Of a DNA stretch of 64,000 nt, positions 1-10,041 are shown in pieces (position 1 is the stretch's first letter; the number at the start of each line of letters is the position of its first letter). Both the position numbers and the translations under genes were made by a program. The notes under the pieces are model-generated. The model did not search any database, was not told the DNA's origin, and was given only the letters and a program-made list of their open reading frames with translations. The stretch is taken from positions 2,008-66,007 of the forward strand of contig JAIMAU010000012.1 of assembly GCA_023511795.1 (NCBI GenBank), read 5' to 3'. The DNA is from Armatimonadota bacterium (lineage in GTDB: Bacteria > Armatimonadota > UBA5829 > DTJY01).

Positions 1-179
1 AGAAAGTATCGAAGAAAAGATGGATTCTGCATACAACTACCTCTTTGGCAATTTGAAAGATTTCCTCGCTTCGTTTTAGAACAAGAACACCACGATTCAC
101 CTTTACTTTAATATTTAGTATTAACAATTCCCTATATCATGCCAATAATTAACTTGATAAACGCTTAAAAGGTTCAAAA

Positions 180-1772
180 TTGGACGCATCAAAAGAAAGC
201 TTAGAAAAACTATTAAAGAAACAGCACGCTGCCCATCACAAACAAGCCCAACTTTGGTTGCTTGCGATAATAGTTATAAGTGTTTTAACTTTGTGTATGG
301 TGTTGATGGATATCTCATCAGCCATTCTGCAACACACAAGATACATCAGATACTCCAATTTCTTTATAGAAAACCGCATTTTGCGGATTGGCCTGGTGTC
401 TGCAATCCTCCTGCTTTGTATTTATTTCTTCGACTCTTCAAGTAGGGCGAGAAAGACAAGTCTCCAGCTCACCAAGGAACTGGCTGAGAAAAACCATATA
501 ATAGAACAGCGAAATAGAGAATTATTAAAACTTAAAGAGATCTCAGACCGACTAGTTGGCAATCTGGATATGCAAGAAGGCTTGGATATGCTCCTAAGCA
601 TGGCACTAGAGATAACAAGGGCAGAGACTGCCTCAATTCTCTTAATGGACCAAGAATTGGGCTTACTTGATTATATGTCCGCAAGAACAGTATCCGTCAA
701 CGGAACTTCCACAGATTTATCACATATAAAACGCAGCCTTGCAGAGTGGGTTGCAAAAAATAGTAAGCCGGTATTGGTCAACTCTGAATCAGACGAACCT
801 GAAATTTCGGCGTTACTTGGCACGCGGGGTGTCGCACCCACAATGATTGCACCAATTGTTGTTGGCGGGAAAACGCTTGGTGTCCTCTCAATTGTGCGTG
901 GAAAGACAGATGAACCCTTTAATCAAAATGACATTCAAGCAATTTGTGAATTAACTGATCGTGCTGGATTGGCAATTGAGAAGATGCATTTATATAGAAA
1001 GCTTCGCGAGCAAGTGGTTTGTCTGCGCTCAGCATTAAGGGATTTAAAGCGCGCCCAGGCAGGTCTAATTCAAAATGAGAAACTTGCGTCCATAGGTCAA
1101 CTAGTTGCCGGTATGGCACACGAAATAAACAATCCATTATTGGTAATTCTTGGTCGTGCTGAGATGCTTTTAGTTGACATGGATCCTGATAATCCTACTG
1201 CAAAAGACCTTGAAATAATAAAATCCGAAACACAGCGAATAGCAAATCTGGTGCGAAATTTACTTGGGTTTTCACGCACTAGCCATCCTGGCATGCTAAA
1301 TCCTGTTAATATAAATGAACTGATAGAACGCACGTTAGAGCTTGTGCAGACCCAAGGTGGCATTACCATAGTAAAACGACTCACTGAAGGTCTCCCAATG
1401 ATATATGCTGATGCAAGCGAAATTCAGCAGATTTACATGAATATTGCTATTAACGCTGTTCAGGCAATGAAAGAAACAGGAGGCAAGTTGATTGTAGAGA
1501 CTTCGCAGGATGATGCAGGCTTTGTCGTTGCAAAGTTTGCCGACACCGGCCCAGGGATAAAACCCGAGCACCTCAGTAAAATATTCGACCCCTTCTTTAC
1601 GACAAAGCCTGAGTTTGAGGGTACTGGACTTGGCCTCTCTGTAAGCAAAAGCCTTGCTGAGAAATATGGCGGCAAAATCGAAGTTGAGACACGCGTCAAG
1701 CAAGGTGCAACATTTATTGTAAAACTACCTGCAATACAAGAACCACTTCAAGAACTTCCCAAAGTCGCTTGA
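180..1772 (+). CDS. Membrane-anchored GAF-domain sensor histidine kinase
   Basis: Full ORF with two N-terminal hydrophobic helices and a central GAF-like segment. HisKA H-box (MAHEINNPL) and HATPase_c boxes (DTGPGI, GTGLGLS) are present. TTG start as in the track; the start is uncertain. Confidence 0.85.
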   Translation: MDASKESLEKLLKKQHAAHHKQAQLWLLAIIVISVLTLCMVLMDISSAILQHTRYIRYSNFFIENRILRIGLVSAILLLCIYFFDSSSRARKTSLQLTKELAEKNHIIEQRNRELLKLKEISDRLVGNLDMQEGLDMLLSMALEITRAETASILLMDQELGLLDYMSARTVSVNGTSTDLSHIKRSLAEWVAKNSKPVLVNSESDEPEISALLGTRGVAPTMIAPIVVGGKTLGVLSIVRGKTDEPFNQNDIQAICELTDRAGLAIEKMHLYRKLREQVVCLRSALRDLKRAQAGLIQNEKLASIGQLVAGMAHEINNPLLVILGRAEMLLVDMDPDNPTAKDLEIIKSETQRIANLVRNLLGFSRTSHPGMLNPVNINELIERTLELVQTQGGITIVKRLTEGLPMIYADASEIQQIYMNIAINAVQAMKETGGKLIVETSQDDAGFVVAKFADTGPGIKPEHLSKIFDPFFTTKPEFEGTGLGLSVSKSLAEKYGGKIEVETRVKQGATFIVKLPAIQEPLQELPKVA

Positions 1773-1779
1773 AAAGTCA

Positions 1780-3657
1780 TCACTTAAAGCTCGGTAGAAT
1801 GATACCTCTCATGATAACATTTTGTGCAAAGACGAACACTGTTAGTGTTGGTATGGCCGCTATTGTCAATGCAGCCATCGTTATATACTTCGGGGCCGTA
1901 ATCTGAAGCTCATACAGCCAAACCATCATCGTCCACATTTTTGGGTTTTGGCAAACCAGGAACGCAAACATAAACGCGCCATACGCCGCCGTAAACGAAC
2001 TGAGTGCAATTACTGCAAAAATAGGCTTAGATAGCGGAATTGTGATTTGCCAAAACATCCGCGCTTCGGATGCTCCATCGATTATTCCCGCTTCATAAAG
2101 TTCCTTCGGGAGGCTATCAAAGAAACCTTTAAGTAGGAAAATCGAAAACCCACCAGCCATTCCCGGAAGAATCAGCGCCCAAAAAGTGTTAAGCATATGG
2201 AGCTTCTTTAGGAGCAAGAAATTTGGAATCAATGTTACTTCCGCAGGAAATGCCATTGTGGCCAACAAAAAGAGCAACACCTTGTACGAATAGCGAAGGT
2301 TATACCGCGAAAGAGAATAAGCGCACAGTGGGTTAACAATTAAATGGGTTAAAATAGCAGCGAGACAAAAGACAAAGGTGTTGAATACTGCCCTGCCATG
2401 AAGAAGTATGTAGTTCAAAACCATTGCATAATTGCGAATTATAAAATGCTTTCTTAATTCCCTATGGTGTGCAAGTACATAATGCCAGTCGGCAAGGTGC
2501 TGGGGGGGAGATAGGTCTAAAAGAGAAGCATACTTTGTTCCATAGGCTTTATTGATTGCATCAAGGCTACCGTATTTTCTGAAAAGATATTGTCTGTATA
2601 GGTTTTCTGAGTTTACAGCTTTTATTGCGGTGACTGGAACAACTTTCGAAATAAAATCCATCCAGTCAACGAGCGGTGTTCCCTCAGCTGGTGCCTCCTT
2701 TGGTAAGACAATCTGGTCAAACGATGAGTAACTTGTACCATAGATCCTATTTACCTCTTCGATATTTCCCCCATAACGGTTTTGAAGAAACTTCCGATAA
2801 GCCGGCAATGCCTTTGAGTTTAGAACCATATAACGGAACGGGAGCATAGTTCGTGCGAACTCTTCCCAGTCGGCTCTTTGCCTGGGATCAGCGGGAAGGG
2901 TAGGGGAAAAGTGTACTTCCATAAATGATTTGTAATTAGTACCGTAGGCTTTGTTTAGTTTGGCTATATCGCCATCGTATTTGTTCTCCTTTAAGAATGT
3001 CCAAAACAATGGGTCAATGCAAATTATCCGCCGAAATTCCGATGGCAATGATGCTTTGAACTCCAGCCACTCTTGCATTTTTGGGGTCTTCTCTGGCTGC
3101 CACTCACGGCTTTCCGTGCGCTCAAAAGGCGTAAAAACGGTCTCGAAGCTTTCATTTTCCTCGCGATAAAGCTTGTTGAGAGCATTAATGTCGTTATTAA
3201 ATCGCCTTCGAAGCCAAGCCCGATATTCGTTCAGCAAACGGCTTGGAGCATTACTTATGACACCATAATTAGCTTGCATATATTTAAGCGGAATTGTCCG
3301 ACTAAAATCCTCCCAGTCCTTTACCATTCTCATTTGATTTGTTGTGAGAGGTGTTTTCTGAGGTGGAGCAATGTCCTCCATTTTCGCAAAGTCGGTACGG
3401 TAGTAGCCATTAATTGCATCCATATCGGCAGCATACTTTATCTCGGCAAATTTGGCGAAAAGAATCGAATCGTCATACCAGTATTTAGGTATTACGCTGT
3501 AGTTGTTAACATCAACACCGCTTTTTGTGGAAGTTGCCAACATAATGAGGAAGGGATAGACCATCGTTATTGCCCCCAAAGTTAGGACAATATATAATCC
3601 CGCGATGAGCAAGCGCATTGACCACGAACGTCTGCCAACAGTTGGGATAATCGACAT
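1780..3657 (-). CDS. CUT1-type (MalG-like) ABC sugar permease with a ~350-aa extracytoplasmic insertion
   Basis: The C-terminal ~220 aa is a permease core with an EAA loop (LYEAGIIDGASEARMFWQITIPLSKP). A single N-terminal TM is followed by a long non-membrane repeat region. The ATG abuts the stop of the upstream ORF (3657/3658), which implies translational coupling. Confidence 0.85.
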   Translation of the reverse strand: MSIIPTVGRRSWSMRLLIAGLYIVLTLGAITMVYPFLIMLATSTKSGVDVNNYSVIPKYWYDDSILFAKFAEIKYAADMDAINGYYRTDFAKMEDIAPPQKTPLTTNQMRMVKDWEDFSRTIPLKYMQANYGVISNAPSRLLNEYRAWLRRRFNNDINALNKLYREENESFETVFTPFERTESREWQPEKTPKMQEWLEFKASLPSEFRRIICIDPLFWTFLKENKYDGDIAKLNKAYGTNYKSFMEVHFSPTLPADPRQRADWEEFARTMLPFRYMVLNSKALPAYRKFLQNRYGGNIEEVNRIYGTSYSSFDQIVLPKEAPAEGTPLVDWMDFISKVVPVTAIKAVNSENLYRQYLFRKYGSLDAINKAYGTKYASLLDLSPPQHLADWHYVLAHHRELRKHFIIRNYAMVLNYILLHGRAVFNTFVFCLAAILTHLIVNPLCAYSLSRYNLRYSYKVLLFLLATMAFPAEVTLIPNFLLLKKLHMLNTFWALILPGMAGGFSIFLLKGFFDSLPKELYEAGIIDGASEARMFWQITIPLSKPIFAVIALSSFTAAYGAFMFAFLVCQNPKMWTMMVWLYELQITAPKYITMAALTIAAIPTLTVFVFAQNVIMRGIILPSFK

Positions 3658-6135
3658 CTATTCTTCCCTCCCTGCTGCGGAAAAGCGTACGTTTCTCAAT
3701 ATGCGTAGCTGATACATTGTGAAGGCTATCAGCATACTTCCCATCATCCAGGCGGCAGCCGTAGCATATCCGAATCTTAGATACATAAATGCGTTATACC
3801 AAATTTCAAGGCCGATAGTGTGAGTTGCATTTAGGGGGCCACCACCTGTCATGACAAAGATGTTTTCCATTGCCTTAAACGAACCTATGAATGCTCCGAC
3901 GAAATTGATGATTATAAGAGGCTTTAGGGTTGGCAACGTTATGCGCCATATCTTGCTCCATACGCCAGCTCCGTCAATATCCGCTGCCTCGTACATTTCA
4001 TCAGGAATGCTCTTCATTGCAGCTAGATAAATAATACTTCCAGGCCCAGCACCCGCCCATATGCCTGGGAGTATGACGCAAAGCATAGCCAGTTTTGGGT
4101 CACCCAGCCACTTAAGAGGCAAATTAAATTTGAGGATTTCAGGGTTAATTCTTAATGTATTCGCAAGAGCTTCTGCAGCTTGATTGTAGAATCCTAAAAG
4201 TGTGTTGAACAGTCCTTGAGGCGTGGGGTCATAGAACCACATCCAAAGAAACATAATCACCAGACCACTTGTCACCGCAGGTAGGTAGTAGAGAGTTCTA
4301 AAAAGCATCTTGCCACGCGGAACTTCATGAAGCATTAATGCTAGGAAAATTGGTACGCAGAAGCCAAGGCTTAGATTCATTCCGGCATATAATAAACTGT
4401 TTAAGATACCCCGCCAGAAAGTTTCTGTTGTAAACACCTCAATAAAATTGTCTAAACCAACCCATCTACTGTTGCCAATAATTCGGTAATCCTGGAATGC
4501 CATAATCATTCCACGAACAAGCGGGTAGTATGCCCAGACGAGTATTGAAAGCACTGCCGGAAGCATAAAAAGCCAAGCGACTACATGAACCATCTTGCTA
4601 CCGCGCACGACCCTCGTGTCTGCAGTTTCATCAGCATGTGCCTTTGCCAACTTCCTAACCTGCGTAGCACCAACTGAGCAAATGAGTACTAGGAGTGTCG
4701 CAAATATAACACGAGCCGTCTTTCTCCTTCTTTCTTGAACCCCAGGGTCTACATAGCCAAGCATTTTGCGGTCAATATTGCGAGCGGCTTCATCCAAAAT
4801 TTGTTTAGGGTCTTTGTCAGGACGAAGGACAGCTTCCTGCAGGGGATAATCTAGCTCAATATAAATCATCTCGCAATTTTTGCCATGAGGCTCGGGCCGA
4901 CCATATTTAAAAGCTTCCCTGTTAGCTTCGATCCAACTCTTTGGAATTCCACGGAGATATTCGACATAGCCATACTTCTCGAGCATAACGGGGTTAACCA
5001 TTTTTCCCAACCCTGACTCTACGTACGCCTTTGTCCTCACCCTGTCGGCCTCTTCGCTGCCCATGAACTTGATGTACTCCCAAGCAGCATCTCGAACACG
5101 CTTGTCTCTAATTGTAGCATTGATTCCCCACATACCGGCGTTGATTTCATTCGCATGCCCTGCCGGGCCCGCTGGGAGCGGCGCAATTCCTATCAGGCTC
5201 GGATTGATGTTCGAGCGGTTAGTTACAAGATCCGTGGAATATGCAAACCACTGAGCTATTTTCCCTTGTTCAATATCCTGTGCGTAGGTGGCGGTCCTAG
5301 TTGCAACTCCAATCATTTCACGGCCATTGCGCTTCCATTTTCCAATCATTAGCTTTTTATAAAAATTAAGCGCTTTCACACCAGCCGGGGAATTAAAGAC
5401 GCAATGCCACTCGCCTTTTTCATCTTGAGCAACAATATCGCCGCCAGCTTGCCAGAGAAAATTAATCCAATGGAAAGCCGTACTACTTGGCCCTGATGAG
5501 AACGCAAAACCCCATTGACCCTTTTCAGGGATAGTTAGCTTCTTGCAATACTCATAGAATTCGTCCCAAGTTTTGGGAGGCTTGTTTGGATCGAGGCCGG
5601 CAGCTTTGTAAAGGTCTTTACGATAATATAAGGCTTGTACGCATTGAAACCATGGAATCGAATATACCTTGCCATCTACAGTGATGACTTTTCGGATTTC
5701 TGGGTGAATCTTTTTTAATATTTCAGGGTCCTTTTCGATGTACTCATTGAGGGGATAGAGAAACCCTTGGTTTATAAAATTGTGAAGCTTCCGGAAGTTT
5801 ACATAGAAAACGTCAGGGGCAGTACCGCCTGCCATTGCCATGAGTAAGCCACTCTCTGCTGCCCTTCCTTGTACCTGCAAGCCGCTTGCGCTAATGATTT
5901 TTATGTTCGGGTGCAATTCCTGAAAGCGCTCAAAAACTGCGCGATTTGCACGCCGCCAAGGGTCGGTAGCGTCTTTAGGAGGAATACCCCAATCTCCACC
6001 CCATAAGCGAAGCTCAACAATTTCTTCCTTAGCGGACTTGTTAGTAACGGTATCGGCAAAAATGAGCCCTGAGCCGCAGGAAATTAACACACAAGCAAGC
6101 AGTAAGCGCAGTATATGCTTTTGGATCTTGAACAA
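3658..6135 (-). CDS. Fusion protein: lipoprotein-type sugar-binding protein (family 1 SBP) + extra TM + MalF-like ABC permease
   Basis: The ORF extends to 6201. The likely start is TTG at 6135, preceded by GGAGG with a 5-nt spacer, which yields a signal peptide with lipobox LISC. Residues ~45-485 look like a sugar-binding protein. An extra TM (ARVIFATLLVLICSVGATQV) precedes a C-terminal permease with an EAA loop (MYEAADIDGAGVWSKIWRITLP). Confidence 0.85.
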   Translation of the reverse strand: MFKIQKHILRLLLACVLISCGSGLIFADTVTNKSAKEEIVELRLWGGDWGIPPKDATDPWRRANRAVFERFQELHPNIKIISASGLQVQGRAAESGLLMAMAGGTAPDVFYVNFRKLHNFINQGFLYPLNEYIEKDPEILKKIHPEIRKVITVDGKVYSIPWFQCVQALYYRKDLYKAAGLDPNKPPKTWDEFYEYCKKLTIPEKGQWGFAFSSGPSSTAFHWINFLWQAGGDIVAQDEKGEWHCVFNSPAGVKALNFYKKLMIGKWKRNGREMIGVATRTATYAQDIEQGKIAQWFAYSTDLVTNRSNINPSLIGIAPLPAGPAGHANEINAGMWGINATIRDKRVRDAAWEYIKFMGSEEADRVRTKAYVESGLGKMVNPVMLEKYGYVEYLRGIPKSWIEANREAFKYGRPEPHGKNCEMIYIELDYPLQEAVLRPDKDPKQILDEAARNIDRKMLGYVDPGVQERRRKTARVIFATLLVLICSVGATQVRKLAKAHADETADTRVVRGSKMVHVVAWLFMLPAVLSILVWAYYPLVRGMIMAFQDYRIIGNSRWVGLDNFIEVFTTETFWRGILNSLLYAGMNLSLGFCVPIFLALMLHEVPRGKMLFRTLYYLPAVTSGLVIMFLWMWFYDPTPQGLFNTLLGFYNQAAEALANTLRINPEILKFNLPLKWLGDPKLAMLCVILPGIWAGAGPGSIIYLAAMKSIPDEMYEAADIDGAGVWSKIWRITLPTLKPLIIINFVGAFIGSFKAMENIFVMTGGGPLNATHTIGLEIWYNAFMYLRFGYATAAAWMMGSMLIAFTMYQLRILRNVRFSAAGREE

Positions 6136-6338
6136 GCAGACCTCCGTGGTGATATTACGAAGATGTCCTAAGAAGAACAAGCTACACAGGAAGTATAACA
6201 AAGCTTACATGTGATGTCAACTCAAATGCAAAATAAACATATACATGAGTGGTAGTAGGGCTTTCTCAAAATATGAACTAAGTTCTTTAATGGAGGCTAG
6301 TTGTTAGGCAAGAAATATAAACTCTTTTTCCATTTCCT

Positions 6339-7298
6339 CTAACCTTTTGAAGTAATTCTAGATCGGTAGTAATCAAGGATAACAGCCAATACTATCACAA
6401 AGCCTGTAATCATTCGCTTCGTTGCTTCTTCTGTGCCAATCTGTGAAAGTCCGCTACTCAGTATTGCCATAAATAAAACACCCAACATAGAGTTTATTAC
6501 CGAACCACGGCCCCCCATTAGGCTAGTTCCGCCGATTACTACTGCCGCTATTGCTTCTAATTCGAAACCTGTGCCAGCATTGGGATTTGCCGAAGCCATG
6601 CGGGCGGTGTTCACCACTGCAGCCATTGCGCAAAGGAAGCCTGAAAGCGCATACACTGAGACTTTTATCCTTGACGTATTAATTCCCGATAAATATGCCG
6701 TTTGCTCATTTGAGCCAATGGCAATTAAGTACCTCCCAAAAGTACATCGCGACAAAACCAATTGGCCTAAGACGACCGCAACAATTGCAATAATAAACAG
6801 CACAGAAATATTCGCAATCCCAAACCCTGCGATTTTGCTAATCTTAGAACCCAAATAAATTGTGCGAGTTTCGGTAAGAAGGAAAGTTGCGCCACGGGCA
6901 ACTTCAAGCATTCCCAAGGTAACAATGAAGGGTGGTAAAACCCACCTTACAATTACAAGACCATTGATCATCCCGCAAAATAGTCCCGTGGCAATACAAG
7001 CTAGAATTGCTATCGGAAGAGGTAAACCAATGCGGTCAATGCTGAGTCCCAGTACCGCACCAGAAAGCCCCACAAGCGAGCCAACCGAGAGATCAATCCC
7101 CGCGGTAATTAATACAAATGTCATTCCAACAGCAACCAATAACGCAGCAGGTATTTGATTAGCAATTGCAGTAAAGTTCGTGGCCGTCAAGAAGTTTGGA
7201 CTTCTAATGCTGAAGTAGACCACAAGAGCGACTAAGATGGTACCTAAACCTACTATATCTTTCAGCCACTTAAAGGTTGACGAAGTTGCCTTTTTCAT
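6339..7298 (-). CDS. CUT2-type (RbsC-like) monosaccharide ABC permease
   Basis: 319-aa polytopic membrane ORF with typical RbsC/AraH-family sequence (GIDLSVGS, GGTSLMGGRGS). Confidence 0.85.
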   Translation of the reverse strand: MKKATSSTFKWLKDIVGLGTILVALVVYFSIRSPNFLTATNFTAIANQIPAALLVAVGMTFVLITAGIDLSVGSLVGLSGAVLGLSIDRIGLPLPIAILACIATGLFCGMINGLVIVRWVLPPFIVTLGMLEVARGATFLLTETRTIYLGSKISKIAGFGIANISVLFIIAIVAVVLGQLVLSRCTFGRYLIAIGSNEQTAYLSGINTSRIKVSVYALSGFLCAMAAVVNTARMASANPNAGTGFELEAIAAVVIGGTSLMGGRGSVINSMLGVLFMAILSSGLSQIGTEEATKRMITGFVIVLAVILDYYRSRITSKG

Positions 7299-7340
7299 AT
7301 TTTCTCTGGCAGCGATTAATGCTCTGAAGTTTTTGCAGTG

Positions 7341-8279
7341 CTAATTTTCTACTTTAGTTATTAAATCTACCGGAGTTTCTTTATCTTTTGGCGCAGTCTT
7401 GCCTCGAAGCATTTCTAGAGCATATTCAATGCCATAAACGGCAAGTTGACCAGCATGCTGGTCAGCCGTGGCAAGCAACTTACCTTCCTTAAGGAGCTCT
7501 TGTGCCGCGCTGATATTATCATAGCCCACCACTAAAATCTTTCCAGACTTTCCCGCCTCTTCGACGGCTTTTACCGCACCAATAGCCATACTGTCATTCG
7601 CACAGAGGAGTGCCTTGATATCTGGATGTGCAGTAATAATACTGCGTGCAAGTGCGTTCGCTTTGTCGGTTTCCCAATACGCCGTTTGGGAAGTAACAAT
7701 CTGGATTCTAGCTGCTTTCATGGCATCTTGGAACCCTAATTTTCGCTGCTCGCCATTATATGCGTTCGGCGCTCCCTCTAAGATCGCAACCTTATCGCCA
7801 GGCTTCAATAACTTAGCTGCCACCTCACCAACCGCTCGCGCACCTTTGCGGTTGTCCGGACCAACAAAAGGCGCCTTGAGCCCTGCTTCTTTGAGAGCAG
7901 AGCTATCAAACCGATTGTCTATATTCACGACAACAATGCCTGCATCAGCAGCTCTTTTGCATACCGAAACCAAGGCTTTCGAATCAGCAGGCGCAATTAC
8001 AATCGCGTCAACACCTTGAGCAATCATCTGCTCAACAAGCTCAACTTGCTTATTTACATCTAATTCGTCCTTGATTCCGTTTACAATTAGTTCATACTCG
8101 GACGCATGCTCTTTATTATGCTTTTCCGCACCCTCTGCCATCGTTTTAAAAAATTCATTGGCGAGTGACTTCATTATCAATGCAATTCTCGGCTTTTCAG
8201 CTTGCTTTTTGCCGCAACCAGTGACACCGACAACTAAAATACAAATAACCAAGAATATGGCAATCTTTCTTAATACCAT
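7341..8279 (-). CDS. Periplasmic sugar-binding lipoprotein (RbsB/LacI-type fold, CUT2 SBP)
   Basis: The ORF runs to 8291. The ATG at 8279 has GGAGG 5 nt upstream and gives signal peptide MVLRKIAIFLVICILVVGVTGC (lipobox VTGC). The body is typical of ribose-binding-protein-like SBPs. Confidence 0.85.
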   Translation of the reverse strand: MVLRKIAIFLVICILVVGVTGCGKKQAEKPRIALIMKSLANEFFKTMAEGAEKHNKEHASEYELIVNGIKDELDVNKQVELVEQMIAQGVDAIVIAPADSKALVSVCKRAADAGIVVVNIDNRFDSSALKEAGLKAPFVGPDNRKGARAVGEVAAKLLKPGDKVAILEGAPNAYNGEQRKLGFQDAMKAARIQIVTSQTAYWETDKANALARSIITAHPDIKALLCANDSMAIGAVKAVEEAGKSGKILVVGYDNISAAQELLKEGKLLATADQHAGQLAVYGIEYALEMLRGKTAPKDKETPVDLITKVEN

Positions 8280-8392
8280 ATCTGCCTCCAAAAGTAATAT
8301 CTTCTAATGACCTTTACACCATAATAATCAAAATAACCTTCAGCTTCGAAGGTATTATTGATAACATAGCGAAAAGAAAATTGGTGGCGCTT

Positions 8393-9949
8393 ATGGTTGA
8401 AAAATCGAAAAACCTAACAAGCAGAAAGCCTAACATTGTTTTAATCTTAGCAGATGATATGGGGTTTTCCGATGTTGGCTGCTATGGCGGTGAAATTTCC
8501 ACCCCTAACATAAATCGGCTAGCCGAAAATGGTATCAAGTTCGCTCAATTTTATAATAACGCGGTATGTATGCCAACTCGCGCATCTATTCTCACCGGCC
8601 TTTACCCTCAACAGGTAGGCTCTACCGAAAAGGCAAAACTTAAAGCATCTGGAAACGTGACTATTGCAGAAGTATTGAGAAGCGCTGGGTATCGGACTCT
8701 TATGTCTGGCAAGTGGCATAACGGCAACTCATCTTGCGAGCTACCAACATCGCGCGGTTTTGATAGGTATTTCGGTCTCCTCAGTGGAAGCAGCAACTAC
8801 TTCAACCCTGGCTTAAAACGCCCATACGAACCCGAGCCAGCGCATAAATCTCCAGGCGACATGCGCCCTTGGGGAATTGATGAAAAGATAATCCATCCAT
8901 TTACCCCTGACGATCCTGATTTTTACGCGACCGATGCTTTCACCGAGAATGCTTTGGCATTTCTCGACCGATACGGTCATGAAGATAAACCCTTTTTCCT
9001 CTATGTTGCATATACCGCCCCCCACTTTCCAATACAAGCAAAACCTGAAGACATCGAGAAGTATCATGGCAAATACATGCTCGGTTGGGATGTAATTCGC
9101 AGCCAGCGGTATGAACGCCTTATTGAAATGGGCATTCTCGACACCAAATGCCGCTTATCTCCGCGTGACCCGCTTGCGCCTTCATGGGAAGACGTTAATG
9201 ATAAAGACACATGGGACCTTAAAATGGCAGTATACGCCGGCATGATAGAATGCATGGACCGCGGCATCGGAAGAATCGTTGACAAAATCAAAGCACTTGG
9301 GAAACTGGAGGATACAATGATAATATTCCTCTCAGATAATGGCGGCTGTGCTGAACATATTAATCGCACGCCAGACATTCCGACTGGTCCCGTAAACTCA
9401 TACTCCACCGTAGATGCGCCATGGGCAAACGCAAGCAATACGCCTTTTAGGCGATTCAAGGTATTCCACCATGAAGGCGGCATCTCAACGCCTTTAATAA
9501 TCTCATGGCCGCGCTTAATCGCAGGCGGAACAGTTTGCCACGAACTTGGACATGTAATGGACCTTATGCCAACACTTGCTGAAATTGCTGGCGCCAAGTA
9601 TCCAAATAAATGGAATGGTCAGCGCGTCTTGCCAATGGAAGGCATTAGCCTTACTTCAATGTTCAGCAAGACCGCATCCTCAAAGAAATGGGACCGTCCT
9701 CCCATCTGTTGGGAATTTAAAGGCTGTCGGGCAGTGAGATTCGGCCAATGGAAGCTAGTCACACAAGGTCCGCCTCGAGTACATATCAACATTCCTATTG
9801 AGCCTGGAAACGAAGCTTGGGAACTTTATGATATGCTTGAAGACCGTTCGGAAACAAACAACCTCGCCGAAAAATATCCAGATAAGGTTAGAGAGCTTGA
9901 AAAGATTTGGCTAGATTGGCACAGGCGCTGTAGCCCACAACACCAATAA
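8393..9949 (+). CDS. Cys-type arylsulfatase (sulfatase family), no signal peptide
   Basis: Sulfatase signature C-x-P-x-R in AVCMPTRASILTG. The N-terminal metal-binding motif LILADDMGFSD and the later LSDNGG are present. The ORF begins at 8381 (TTG); the ATG at 8393 is preferred. Confidence 0.85.
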   Translation: MVEKSKNLTSRKPNIVLILADDMGFSDVGCYGGEISTPNINRLAENGIKFAQFYNNAVCMPTRASILTGLYPQQVGSTEKAKLKASGNVTIAEVLRSAGYRTLMSGKWHNGNSSCELPTSRGFDRYFGLLSGSSNYFNPGLKRPYEPEPAHKSPGDMRPWGIDEKIIHPFTPDDPDFYATDAFTENALAFLDRYGHEDKPFFLYVAYTAPHFPIQAKPEDIEKYHGKYMLGWDVIRSQRYERLIEMGILDTKCRLSPRDPLAPSWEDVNDKDTWDLKMAVYAGMIECMDRGIGRIVDKIKALGKLEDTMIIFLSDNGGCAEHINRTPDIPTGPVNSYSTVDAPWANASNTPFRRFKVFHHEGGISTPLIISWPRLIAGGTVCHELGHVMDLMPTLAEIAGAKYPNKWNGQRVLPMEGISLTSMFSKTASSKKWDRPPICWEFKGCRAVRFGQWKLVTQGPPRVHINIPIEPGNEAWELYDMLEDRSETNNLAEKYPDKVRELEKIWLDWHRRCSPQHQ

Positions 9950-10041
9950 GTTCGCAAATGCGAAGATAATGCTTTGGTTAGAAAACAATTGAAAAGTTAA
10001 TGTATTCCAACAGCTTGCTTGTAAAGTGAGGGATACCAAAA

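Noticed and set aside
2-79. 3' end of an upstream + strand gene (…ESIEEKMDSAYNYLFGNLKDFLASF*)
   Set aside because: Two frames are open at the window edge and only 25 codons are visible. I cannot distinguish coding from chance, so it is not reported as a feature.
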